A DNA stretch of 64,000 bases from an uncultured Gammaproteobacteria bacterium (GTDB lineage Bacteria; Pseudomonadota; Gammaproteobacteria; Steroidobacterales; Rariloculaceae): NCBI GenBank assembly GCA_963782445.1, contig CAWAJM010000001.1, positions 2,485,285-2,549,284 on the forward strand. The letters run 5' to 3'. The position numbers and the translations under genes are program-made. Under the pieces are notes generated by a model, which worked only from the letters and a program-made list of their open reading frames with translations, was not told where the DNA came from and made no database searches. Of the stretch, positions 37,103-46,439 are shown piece after piece (positions within the stretch are counted from its first letter, which is position 1; each line of letters starts with the position of its first letter).

Positions 37103-37357
37103 ATGCGCAAGGAACCGATTCCGTGGCTCGTCGCGGGCTACGCGCTGGCCGTGGTCGTCGCGGAGCTCTTCGGCGTACCCGGCTGGCTCGCGCACTTGCA
37201 CGTCATGCCTTGGGCGGGGCTCGCCGCCGGCATGGCCGGCTGGCTGGCCTACGAGAATGCGAGCCGGCCTTGGCGCCTCGCGTTGCTGGCGGGGCTGCTT
37301 GCCGTGTTCATGCTCTCGGTGCTCGTCATGCGGCACCGCATCCTGGACTCGCTCTAA
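37103..37357 (+). CDS. Small (84 aa) multi-pass membrane protein, candidate bacteriocin immunity protein
   Basis: RBS GGAGG; about three hydrophobic helices; directly downstream of and co-oriented with the precursor. Confidence 0.6.
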   Translation: MRKEPIPWLVAGYALAVVVAELFGVPGWLAHLHVMPWAGLAAGMAGWLAYENASRPWRLALLAGLLAVFMLSVLVMRHRILDSL

Positions 37358-37458
37358 GCGCAACGCGAAGCGTTCCAGCGCTCCCGCGGACGGGCCCGGC
37401 GACAGCGATGTTACCCTTGCAAGCCTACGAAGCGGATAAGGCTTTCAGGGGGTTCAAG

Positions 37459-38508
37459 ATGAAGTCGGCAATAATACTGAGCGGCTGCGCCATGGCAGCC
37501 GCAGGCCTATCGCTCGCCGCGGGCGTCGCCCGGGCACAGCCGGGGGTCGAATGCACGCGCGCATGCCTCGAAGGCTATGTCGATCGTTATTTCAAGGCGG
37601 TCATCGACGACGACCCGAGCGAGGTCCCGCTCTCCATCAACGTCAGGTTCACGGAGAACGGGCAACGGCTGCCGATCGGCGAGGGCCTTTGGAAAAGCAT
37701 GAAGGCGGCGGGCAAGTACCGGCTCTTCGTCACGGACGTGCCGGCCGGCCAGGTCGGCCTCATCACGACCGTCGAGGAGGACGCCCGCGATCCGGACAAG
37801 TCCATGCCGGCGGCCATGGCCCTACGCCTCAAGATCGTCGACGGCAAGATTGCGGAAATCGAGCAAATGGTCTTGCGCGATGCAATGACGGCGAAACGCA
37901 TCGAGGCCATGGGCGGCCCGCGCGACGCGTTCCTGACCGCGATTCCGCAGAGCCAGCGCATGTCGCGTCGAGACCTCATCGTGACGGCCAACGCCTACTT
38001 TTCGGGCATGCAGCGCAACGACGGCAAGGGCAATTATCCCTTCGCCGACGACTGCGACCGCTATGAGAACGGGGCACATACGACGAACGTCAAGCCGCGA
38101 GCCGGGCAGCAAGTGCCCGATCCGGCAACGGCGACGAGCTATTCCGCGACCTGGACCTGCATGCAGCAGTTCAAGTCGGGACTCCTACACTTCGTCTCGC
38201 GGATCCGCGATCGGCGCTTCGTCGCCGTCGACCGCGAGCGCGGTATCGTCATGGCCATCGGCTTCTTCGATCACATGGCCGGCGATACGCGCACGTTCGA
38301 GACGCCCAACGGCCGCACCGTCACGGCCGGCCCCACGCAGCCGTGGACGTGGTACATCTGCGAAGTGTTCAAGATCCACAATCACAAGATCGGGCCCATC
38401 GAGGCGCTGCTCGAACATCCGCCTTACGGCATGCTCTCGGGCTGGAGCAGCTATGCCGACGGGATGTCGGACCGTCCTCAGGACGTGACGGGGTACCCGG
38501 AGCAGTAG
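37459..38508 (+). CDS. Secreted hypothetical protein with tandem NTF2/SnoaL-like domains
   Basis: Signal peptide; 'CTRACLEGYVDRYF', 'FTENG', 'RYENG', 'RRFVAVDRERGIV'. Paralog of 11676-12605. Confidence 0.78.
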   Translation: MKSAIILSGCAMAAAGLSLAAGVARAQPGVECTRACLEGYVDRYFKAVIDDDPSEVPLSINVRFTENGQRLPIGEGLWKSMKAAGKYRLFVTDVPAGQVGLITTVEEDARDPDKSMPAAMALRLKIVDGKIAEIEQMVLRDAMTAKRIEAMGGPRDAFLTAIPQSQRMSRRDLIVTANAYFSGMQRNDGKGNYPFADDCDRYENGAHTTNVKPRAGQQVPDPATATSYSATWTCMQQFKSGLLHFVSRIRDRRFVAVDRERGIVMAIGFFDHMAGDTRTFETPNGRTVTAGPTQPWTWYICEVFKIHNHKIGPIEALLEHPPYGMLSGWSSYADGMSDRPQDVTGYPEQ

Positions 38509-38580
38509 GCGTCTGTGCACGGCGGCGGTCCGCCGCGAGCCCGAACCGAGCGGCTCGGGCCCGCGGGACCGCCCTCCCCC

Positions 38581-41247
38581 TTACTGGAAGTTACGCCTCA
38601 GCTGCAGTTCCCACATGCGCGGCTGTCCCGGCGAGCCCAGCGTGTTCTGGCCGCCCGGCGCCGCGAAGCTGTACCAGTAGAACTTGTTCATCAAGTTCGT
38701 GATCTCGAGCGCGACCGTCCAATCCTGGCTGCTCGTCTCGTACGTCAGCCTCGTGTTGTAAAGGCTGTACGCCGGAATGATGTTGATCGCGGGATTCGGC
38801 TCCTGGCCCGGCGCGGAGTTCGTATCGTGGGACGTATACGTCCAATCGAGCCGCGGCGTCAGCGTAGAGCCCCCGGGCAGATTGATCGCATACTGTAGTC
38901 CGCCGCTCATGGTCGTCGTCGGCTGGATCAACGAATCCGGATTGCGGTAGCCGAGCTCGTTCGGGTTGCTCACGTCCGACGTGAACTTGTTGTAACCGAC
39001 CGAGAAGTTCATCGACAGGTTCCCGACAGGATTGGCCGTTGCCTCGAGCTCGACGCCCTTGACTTTGCCCGGTGCGCTGAAGAACGCGAACCAGTTCCAG
39101 CCGTTCTGTCCGGCTAGCGGCGTGCCGGGCGGGCAGATGCCACCGAGCGGCCCGAACACGGGTGTGCCGGGATCCGGCGAGTTGAACGGCGTGCACTGGG
39201 CCGCGTTGGTCGTCACGACGCGCGGATTGTAGTCCATGTAGAACACGTCGCCATTGAGACGCAGGCGCCGGTTGATGAGGTCCCCCTTGTAGCCGGCCTC
39301 GTACGACGTGACCTGCTCCTGCGGGAACGGCTGCAACTGCCCCGGCGTCCAGGGCCGCGGCTGGAAGCCCGCCGAGCGAAAGCCCGTCGAGATCGTGCCG
39401 TAGACCATACCCGCGCTCGGGAAGTCGTAGTTGACGCCGGCCGTCCAGTCGTAGCGCCCGGCCGAGCTCACGGCGGGCTCCGGAATCTGCAGGAACACGC
39501 CGTGATCGAACGTGTACTCTTTTTTCTCGTTCGTGTAACGCACACCGGCCGTCACTGAAAGCCCCTGCGTCACGTCGAAGACGCCGTGTACGAACGCGGA
39601 TTCGTTCGTCGTGTGGAAGGAGTCGTTCTGACTGAATTCGGGGATGATCCCGAGATAGTTGAATGGCTGCAGGTGGACGCGGCCGCCGAGGTGCGAGTGC
39701 GCGTCGTAATAGAACACGCCCGTCGTCCAGTCGAGCTTGTTGCGGATCGCGTTGCCGCTGAACTGGACCTCCGCCGTGCGCTGCTTGTGGTCGAGGATGT
39801 TGAACGTCGTCGTCAGGTCGAGCGGCGTGCCGTCACCGGTCGTGAACACGGTATGGTAGGAACGATACGAGCCGACCCACTTCATGTGGATGTTGTCGGT
39901 CAGGTCGTATTCGACCGTATTCGCAAGCCCCCAGGACTTGCTGTGGTCGTGGTCCGGCCAGGTCTTGTGCTCGATCGGGTCCTGATAGGTCTCGAAAGAC
40001 TGATAGCTGTGCTCCGGCCGGTCGAAGCGGGCGCCGATGCCGTCGATGCCCATGGCCGGCAGGATCTGCCCCGAAACCATGAACGGATCGAGCGGAAACG
40101 CCCGCGGCTCCTTCTCGACCGCGCCCCAGGCCTCGCTGTTGTCATCGAGGTAGTCGGTCGTCAGCATGACGTCGAGGCGCTTCTTCGGGTTGTAGCGCAG
40201 GCTCACGCGTGCACCCTGCTTGTCGATGCCGCGATCCTCGCCGATTTTGCAGCCGTCCCGCGCCGCGCCCGGCTGATACTCCGGATAGGAGAACGCGTTG
40301 TCGGCCGCGCTGCCGGGCGTGACCATCACGGGCGCGTACATCGGCGTTCCGAAAGGCGACAGCTTGGGCGTCCCGTCGGTGTTCGTGATGAGCTGCGCGC
40401 CGCCGATACCGTCGCCGATACCCGCGAGCTGCGGCGTGCCCTCGGCCTTCATCTCGCATGTGAAATCGAGCCGGTCGATGTAGCCGGCACGGTGCTTCGA
40501 CATGCCGACGGCGCGCAGTGCGAGCTTATCCCCGAGGATCGGGATGTCGAAGCCGCCCCGCAGATTGACGCGGTTGTAGTTGCCGTAGGTCGTCTCCACG
40601 TAGCCCGTGTTGTCGCCCTGCGGCTTCTTCGTGATCAGGCGAATGGCGCCGCCGAGCGAGTTCTTGCCGAACAGCGTGCCCTGCGGGCCGCGGAGCACCT
40701 CGACGCGGTCGATGTCGGCGAGGTCGAAGGCAGAGCTTGCGAGGGTGCCGAAGTACACGTCGTCGATGTAGATGCCGACGGCCGGCTCGGTCGCGTAGAT
40801 ATAGTCCGAGGCGATGACGCCGCGGATGCCGATCGTCGGGTTCTGGCCGCCGGGCCGGATGTAGGCATTCGGGACGACGGCGCCGATCTGATCGACGTTG
40901 GTCAGGTTCCGGACCTTGAGGTCCTGGGAGGTGAATGCCGAGACCGCGAGCGGGGTCTGCTCGAGACTTTCCGCGCGGAACCGGGCCGTCACGACCACTT
41001 CCTCGATGTGCCCCCCGCCGCTCGTGGCCGAAGAGCTCGCGGAGCCCGAACCACTCGCCGCGTCGGAGCCGTTCGACGTTTTCGAGGACGACTTTGCGGC
41101 GCTGGACGACGCCTGCGCACTCGCCCCCGTGGGCTCGAGCGCGAGAAGCACGGCTGCGGCGACGGCACCGACCGCAATGACCGGCGCGCTAGTGTGATGA
41201 GCTCGGCGTCGAACGACGGCCGACCTCCTCCGTTCCAAGGTCTTCAT
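38581..41247 (-). CDS. TonB-dependent receptor
   Basis: TonB-box region 'IEEVVVTAR'; plug 'RVEVLRGPQGTLFGKNSLGGAI'; beta-barrel C-terminus 'PRMWELQLRRNFQ'. Confidence 0.95.
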   Translation of the reverse strand: MKTLERRRSAVVRRRAHHTSAPVIAVGAVAAAVLLALEPTGASAQASSSAAKSSSKTSNGSDAASGSGSASSSATSGGGHIEEVVVTARFRAESLEQTPLAVSAFTSQDLKVRNLTNVDQIGAVVPNAYIRPGGQNPTIGIRGVIASDYIYATEPAVGIYIDDVYFGTLASSAFDLADIDRVEVLRGPQGTLFGKNSLGGAIRLITKKPQGDNTGYVETTYGNYNRVNLRGGFDIPILGDKLALRAVGMSKHRAGYIDRLDFTCEMKAEGTPQLAGIGDGIGGAQLITNTDGTPKLSPFGTPMYAPVMVTPGSAADNAFSYPEYQPGAARDGCKIGEDRGIDKQGARVSLRYNPKKRLDVMLTTDYLDDNSEAWGAVEKEPRAFPLDPFMVSGQILPAMGIDGIGARFDRPEHSYQSFETYQDPIEHKTWPDHDHSKSWGLANTVEYDLTDNIHMKWVGSYRSYHTVFTTGDGTPLDLTTTFNILDHKQRTAEVQFSGNAIRNKLDWTTGVFYYDAHSHLGGRVHLQPFNYLGIIPEFSQNDSFHTTNESAFVHGVFDVTQGLSVTAGVRYTNEKKEYTFDHGVFLQIPEPAVSSAGRYDWTAGVNYDFPSAGMVYGTISTGFRSAGFQPRPWTPGQLQPFPQEQVTSYEAGYKGDLINRRLRLNGDVFYMDYNPRVVTTNAAQCTPFNSPDPGTPVFGPLGGICPPGTPLAGQNGWNWFAFFSAPGKVKGVELEATANPVGNLSMNFSVGYNKFTSDVSNPNELGYRNPDSLIQPTTTMSGGLQYAINLPGGSTLTPRLDWTYTSHDTNSAPGQEPNPAINIIPAYSLYNTRLTYETSSQDWTVALEITNLMNKFYWYSFAAPGGQNTLGSPGQPRMWELQLRRNFQ

Positions 41248-41835
41248 GAGAACGACTCCCCCTTCTACTCGTCAAGGTCTCGGTTGCAGGCAATGGCGCC
41301 GCGCTCGGATGGGCGGGCGCCCTGGAGACTGTTTTTCGTTGCGCCCGGACCCTGCCGGACTCTGCGGCGGTCCAGGCAGACCGCGGTCATCCGTCGGGCG
41401 GGACGGGCGATGCCGGAACTGCGGCGCACGCAGGCGGCCGGCGACATCGACCAGAGGCGAAAGCACGCACAGCGAATCGCCGAAGCGCCGCGCTCAAGGG
41501 GCGCTGAAATCGAACCGCGACGGGCCCTAAGCATAGGATCAGCTTGAGCAAGCCGCGGGGCGCAAGAGACGGTCGATGTTGCACACGATCTACGGAGTGT
41601 AGGAAACACACAACGTCCGGTCAATTCGGTCGTTGCTATTCCACATCGTATTGATGCTATTTATTTCAGGGTTTTTACCCCTATTGTACGTTCTTAGCTA
41701 CAGCCATACGCGGGACATGATGGCAAAAAGTCACTGCCCCGACGGGTGGCATGGCCACGGCGGCGGGGGCGTGAAGGGGGGCATGACGAGGCGTCGCCGC
41801 CGGCAGATTCGCGGGCGGCGAGGTCGCCGGAATCT

Positions 41836-42039
41836 CTACAGCCTCACGAAGTAAGGCACGGTGAGCAGGGCGATCCCGATTGCGACGAGCACGAGGGTGT
41901 TGGCGACGAAGTACGGAAAGACCATGAGCGCGACGCCGCACAGCAGCGGCACGACGGCGCGCTGGCGTTTTCCGTAGACGAAGAAACCGAGGCCGATCGA
42001 ACCGAACAACAGGCCCCAGAGCAGCGACGCTTCGCTCAA
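41836..42039 (-). CDS. Small conserved inner-membrane protein (67 aa)
   Basis: 'LLWGLLFGSIGLGFFVYGKRQ...LMVFPYFV'; TTG start inferred. Confidence 0.7.
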   Translation of the reverse strand: MSEASLLWGLLFGSIGLGFFVYGKRQRAVVPLLCGVALMVFPYFVANTLVLVAIGIALLTVPYFVRL

Positions 42040-42259
42040 GACAAGGCCCTCTGCCCGATGGGCACGACCGGGCCGACAGCCGCCGCCGTGCGCGGCGGGC
42101 GGCAGAAGTGCTTGCGCAGCACCATGGTCGCGGTCTCCTCGTTCGGCCTTGCGGACCCCGGGGCGGGCCGGGGGGGACCGCCTCGCGGCGGCTTCCCGGA
42201 TATTACACCGCGACCCGGAACGTGTCTCCGCCGCGGCCCCGGGCAGCGCCGGCGGCGGC

Positions 42260-42820
42260 TCAGCCTTCCCGGACCATGATGGGCCAGGCTGCGCGCAGGT
42301 AACCGAGCATGGACCAGATCGTGAGAGCGGCGGCGACGAACAGCAGCGCAATGCCGATCGGATAGAGTTTCACGGCTCCGATCGGCTCCCTGTAGAGCAT
42401 GAGACTGATCCCAATGATCTGCAGCGTCGTCTTCCACTTGCCGAAGAACGTGACGGCGACGCGCGCGCGCGCACCGATCAGCGACATCCACTCGCGCAGA
42501 GCGGATACCGTGATCTCGCGGCCGATAATGATGCCCGCGACGATCGCAAGCCAGAAAGTCGGGTTGCCCTGGACGAGCAGCACGAGCGCCGTCGAGACGA
42601 TAAGCTTGTCCGCAACCGGATCGAGAAACGCGCCGAATTTCGAAGTCTGATTGAGCCGCCGCGCAAGATAGCCGTCGAAATAGTCCGTGATCCCGGCAAG
42701 CGCGAACAGCACCCCCGCGGCCGGCCTGGCCCAATGCACGGGCAGGTAATAGACGATGACCACGAGCGGAATCGCGACGATGCGGAACCAGGTCAGGGCA
42801 TTGGGCAGATTAAAGACCAT
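42260..42820 (-). CDS. pgsA: CDP-diacylglycerol--glycerol-3-phosphate 3-phosphatidyltransferase
   Basis: 'NLPNALT..R', 'TDYFDGYLAR', 'GAFLDPVADK', 'RE...SALREW'; follows uvrC. Confidence 0.96.
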   Translation of the reverse strand: MVFNLPNALTWFRIVAIPLVVIVYYLPVHWARPAAGVLFALAGITDYFDGYLARRLNQTSKFGAFLDPVADKLIVSTALVLLVQGNPTFWLAIVAGIIIGREITVSALREWMSLIGARARVAVTFFGKWKTTLQIIGISLMLYREPIGAVKLYPIGIALLFVAAALTIWSMLGYLRAAWPIMVREG

Positions 42821-42857
42821 CGTTTGCTTCCGCTTGAGTACACCGGGCGGGCCGCCG

Positions 42858-44735
42858 CTACTCGACATGAAAGTGCTCATAGATCGACTGCGCGAGCTGG
42901 CGCGAGATGCCTTTGACGCGCGCAAGATCGTCGACGCCCGCGCGCGCGACGGCCTGCAGGCCGCCGAACTGCCGCAACAGCTCGCGCCGGCGCTTCGGCC
43001 CGAGGCCGCGAATCTGCTCGAGCGGCGATGTCGTGCGCCGCTTCTCGCGCCGAGCCCGATGTCCCGTGATCGCGAAGCGGTGCGCCTCGTCGCGCAGCTG
43101 CTGGACCAGGTGCATTGCCGGCGACGCCGGCGGCAGCGCAAGCGCGTTCTGGCCGCCCGCGACGAACAAGCGCTCGCGGCCGGGCTTGCGCCCCTCGCCC
43201 TTGGCAACGCCCACGAGCTTGACACCCTCGATCTCGAGGCCCTTCAACACGTTCTCCGCCTGGGTCAACTGGCCTCGGCCGCCATCGATGAACAGCACGT
43301 CCGGCAGCGGCGCCTCGCCGCGCTTGAGCCGCGCATAACGCCGCTCGAGCGCTTGCGTCAGGGCGGCGTAGTCGTCGCCGGCAGTGACTCCGGTGATGTT
43401 GAAGCGCCGGTAGTCGGATTTCAACGGTCCCTCGGAGCCGAACACGACACACGAGGCGACGGTCGCCTCCCCCGCCGTATGGCTGATGTCGAAGCACTCG
43501 AGCCGGATCGGCGGCGCGTCGAGGTCGAGCACCTCGGCCAACGCCTCGAGCTGCCCCTCGACGGTGGCGGCGGCGTTGAGGCGCAGCTCGGCGCCGTGCC
43601 GGGCATTGGTCACGGCCATGTCCACCCAGCGGCTGCGGTCGCCGCGCAGCCGCCAGCGGACCTCGACGCGATGCCCTGACTGCTCGCCGAGCATGGCCGC
43701 GATGGCCTCGGCCTCCGGGACCTCTCGGCTCACGAGAATCTCCCGCGGGGCCTCCCGGCCGCCGTAGTACTGCAGCAGGAACGCGCGCGCCACCTCCTCC
43801 TCGCTCGAGCCCGGCGCGACGCGCGGGAAGAAGTTGCGGCTGCCGAGCGAGCGCCCTCCGCGGAAAAACATGACGGCGGCGCAGTGCACGCCGTTGACCT
43901 CCGCGAAACCGATCGCGTCGAAGTCGGCGGCCGTGCCCGACATGAGCTGCTGAGACTGCACGCGCCTGAGCTTCGCGAGCTGATCCCGGTAGCCGGCCGC
44001 GAGCTCGAACCTGAGCTCCTCCGAGGCGCGCTCCATGCGCTCGGCGAGACGGTCGATGACGGCGTCGCTGTGGCCTTCCAGGAACAGCATCGCGTTCTCT
44101 ACGTCGCGGGCATAGTCCCCCTTCGAGATCAGCCCGACGCAGGGCGCGGAGCAGCGCTGAATTTGGTACTGGAGACAAGGCCGCGTGCGGTTCGCAAAGT
44201 AGCTGTCCTCGCACTGCCTGAGCTTGAAGAGTTTCTGCAATTCGCTGAGCGAGGCGCGCACGGCGCCCGCGCTCGGATAAGGGCCGAAGAGCTTGCCCTT
44301 CCTGGTGCGCGGCCCGCGGTAGAACGAGAGCCGCGGAAAATCGCTGTCGGTGTCGGCATGAATGAACGGGTAGCTTTTGTCGTCGCGCAGCACCACGTTG
44401 AAGCGCGGCCGATGGCGCTTGATGAGGTTGTACTCGAGCATCAGGGCCTCGGTCTCGGTGCGCGTGACCGTGACCTCGACATCGGCGACGGCGCGCAGCA
44501 GCGCGATCGTCTTCGCATCGTGCGCCCGGCCCCGAAAATAGCTGCCGACGCGCCGGCGCAGGTCCCGGGCCTTGCCGACGTAAATGACCTCGCCGGCCGC
44601 ATCGAGCATGCGATAGACGCCGGGCCGGTGCGTCAGATGCCGCAGCAGCGCGCTCGGATCGAAGGCCGGCTTCGCCGCGGGGGTCATCTCCGCGGCCGGG
44701 CCGTCGACATGTTCGGACTCGTTGGGCTCGTTCAC
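42858..44735 (-). CDS. uvrC: Excinuclease ABC subunit C
   Basis: GIY-YIG 'PGVY...IYVGKA', 'ECFDISH', 'DGGRGQ', 'RDEAHRFAI', C-terminal HhH motifs. Confidence 0.97.
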   Translation of the reverse strand: MNEPNESEHVDGPAAEMTPAAKPAFDPSALLRHLTHRPGVYRMLDAAGEVIYVGKARDLRRRVGSYFRGRAHDAKTIALLRAVADVEVTVTRTETEALMLEYNLIKRHRPRFNVVLRDDKSYPFIHADTDSDFPRLSFYRGPRTRKGKLFGPYPSAGAVRASLSELQKLFKLRQCEDSYFANRTRPCLQYQIQRCSAPCVGLISKGDYARDVENAMLFLEGHSDAVIDRLAERMERASEELRFELAAGYRDQLAKLRRVQSQQLMSGTAADFDAIGFAEVNGVHCAAVMFFRGGRSLGSRNFFPRVAPGSSEEEVARAFLLQYYGGREAPREILVSREVPEAEAIAAMLGEQSGHRVEVRWRLRGDRSRWVDMAVTNARHGAELRLNAAATVEGQLEALAEVLDLDAPPIRLECFDISHTAGEATVASCVVFGSEGPLKSDYRRFNITGVTAGDDYAALTQALERRYARLKRGEAPLPDVLFIDGGRGQLTQAENVLKGLEIEGVKLVGVAKGEGRKPGRERLFVAGGQNALALPPASPAMHLVQQLRDEAHRFAITGHRARREKRRTTSPLEQIRGLGPKRRRELLRQFGGLQAVARAGVDDLARVKGISRQLAQSIYEHFHVE

Positions 44736-44788
44736 TCGGGGCGGACCTGGCTCTCATCGTTCGACAACGGCCGACCGTGTAGATTCTG

Positions 44789-46129
44789 TCAGCTGTCGGC
44801 GGCCTCGCCCATATGGCGGATCACGGCCGCCCCGAAACCGCGCGTACCGACCAGCGTGGCGCCCGGAATCAGGTGCTCCATGCGCTCGGGCACCGGCTCG
44901 CGGCGAGCCGGGATCTCCGCCCGCATCGACTCGCGTATCAGCGCGAGGTCGAACGTGAGCTCCTTGGCCGCGATCGTGCGCGCGATGCCGTTGAGCACGA
45001 AGTCGGCGGCCTCGTCCCAGCCAAGGTAGCGCAGCATCATCTCGCCCGACAGGATCAGCGAGCCGGGATTCACGCGGTCCTTGCCGGCCACGTCCGGCGC
45101 GGTCCCGTGCGTGGCCTCGAAGACCGCGCAGCCGTCGCCGATGTTCGCGCCCGGCGCGATGCCGATGCCGCCGACCTGCGCGGCCAGCGCGTCGGAGATG
45201 TAATCCCCATTGAGGTTCAGCGTCGCGATGATGTCGTAGTCGCCCGGGTTCAGGACGATCTGTTGGAGGAAATTGTCCGCGATGACGTCCTTGATGACGA
45301 TCCAGCGTTTCGTTCGGGGATTCTGGAACGAGAGCCACGGGCCGCCGTCGAGCTCGCGCGCGCCGAACTCGTCGCGCGCCAGCTGGTACCCCCAATTACG
45401 GAATGCCCCCTCCGTGTACTTCATGATGTTGCCCTTGTGCACGAGGGTCACGGAGCGGCGGTCGTAGCGGATCGCGTATTCGATGGCCTTGCGCACGAGG
45501 CGCTGGGAGCCCTCGCGCGAGACGGGCTTGATGCCCAGACCCGAGCTCGACGGAAAACGTATCTGGGTGACGTTGAGCTCGCGCTGCAGGAAATCGATGA
45601 GACGCTGCACCTCCGGGGAGCCGGTCGGCCATTCGATGCCGGCATAGATGTCCTCGGTGTTCTCGCGGAACACGACCATGTCGACATGGTTAGAGACTTT
45701 CGACGGCGTCGAGGCGCCGGGAAAGTAGCGGATCGGGCGCACGCAGGCGTACAGATCCATGCGCTGGCGGATCGCGACGTTGAGCGAGCGGATGCCCCCG
45801 CCGACGGGCGTTGCGAGCGGCCCCTTGATCGAAACCACGAAATGCTCGAGGGCTTGGAGCGTCTCCTCGGGCAGGTATTCCCCCTCGCCGTAGCGCTCGA
45901 CGGCCCGGCCGCCCGCGTAGACCTCCATCCAGGCGATGCCGCGCCGGCCGGCATACGCCTTCTCGACCGCCGCGTCGAGCACTTCGCGCATGACCGGCGT
46001 CACGTCAACGCCGATCCCGTCGCCCGTGACGTACGGGACGATGGGCCGCTCCGGCACGGCAATCGAGGTGTCGTTGTTGATCGTGATGGGCTCGCCGTCG
46101 GCAGGCGGAACGATGTGGTCGTAGCGCAT
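44789..46129 (-). CDS. icd: NADP-dependent isocitrate dehydrogenase
   Basis: 'GDGIGVD', '[17 protein letters not shown]', 'FRENTEDIY', 'HKGNIMK', 'NLNGDYISD', 'EATHGTAP'. Confidence 0.96.
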   Translation of the reverse strand: MRYDHIVPPADGEPITINNDTSIAVPERPIVPYVTGDGIGVDVTPVMREVLDAAVEKAYAGRRGIAWMEVYAGGRAVERYGEGEYLPEETLQALEHFVVSIKGPLATPVGGGIRSLNVAIRQRMDLYACVRPIRYFPGASTPSKVSNHVDMVVFRENTEDIYAGIEWPTGSPEVQRLIDFLQRELNVTQIRFPSSSGLGIKPVSREGSQRLVRKAIEYAIRYDRRSVTLVHKGNIMKYTEGAFRNWGYQLARDEFGARELDGGPWLSFQNPRTKRWIVIKDVIADNFLQQIVLNPGDYDIIATLNLNGDYISDALAAQVGGIGIAPGANIGDGCAVFEATHGTAPDVAGKDRVNPGSLILSGEMMLRYLGWDEAADFVLNGIARTIAAKELTFDLALIRESMRAEIPARREPVPERMEHLIPGATLVGTRGFGAAVIRHMGEAADS

Positions 46130-46411
46130 GATTCAATCCACCACAGTCAAACATCCAAAAGAGCGGTCAGGGCCATTCTTCGCCAGCACCAACGTCACCG
46201 CGGCTGCAGCGCGATGCGCGCCGACCGGCCGACGTTGCCGAGGTCGCGGCTCGATGAGGCGCTCGAGCGACCGTGCGCGCAGGACAGCGCGCATTCGGGG
46301 GCAGGGACGCCCGCGTCGCTCGAACGCCCTCATCGAGCCGCGGCCGGCATCGTCCGCCGAGGCCAAAGCGCGCGCAGCGAGCCGCAGTCGCACCAACGAT
46401 CCCGTCCCGGG

Positions 46412-46439
46412 CGAAAAAAGGGCCCCGACCCCTTTTTCG
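46412..46439. repeat. Single REP-like palindrome; probable terminator of the DAHP synthase gene
   Basis: CGAAAAAAGGGCCCCGACCCCTTTTTCG, a variant of the unit at 50187-50240 and 62146-62225. Confidence 0.65.

Noticed and set aside
41633..41854. 73-aa ORF in the AT-rich region
   Set aside because: TTG start, no RBS and atypical codon use; more likely promoter DNA.
42040..42259. tRNA cluster or integration site often found downstream of pgsA
   Set aside because: No tRNA cloverleaf, T-loop or CCA end is recognisable, and no integrase is nearby.
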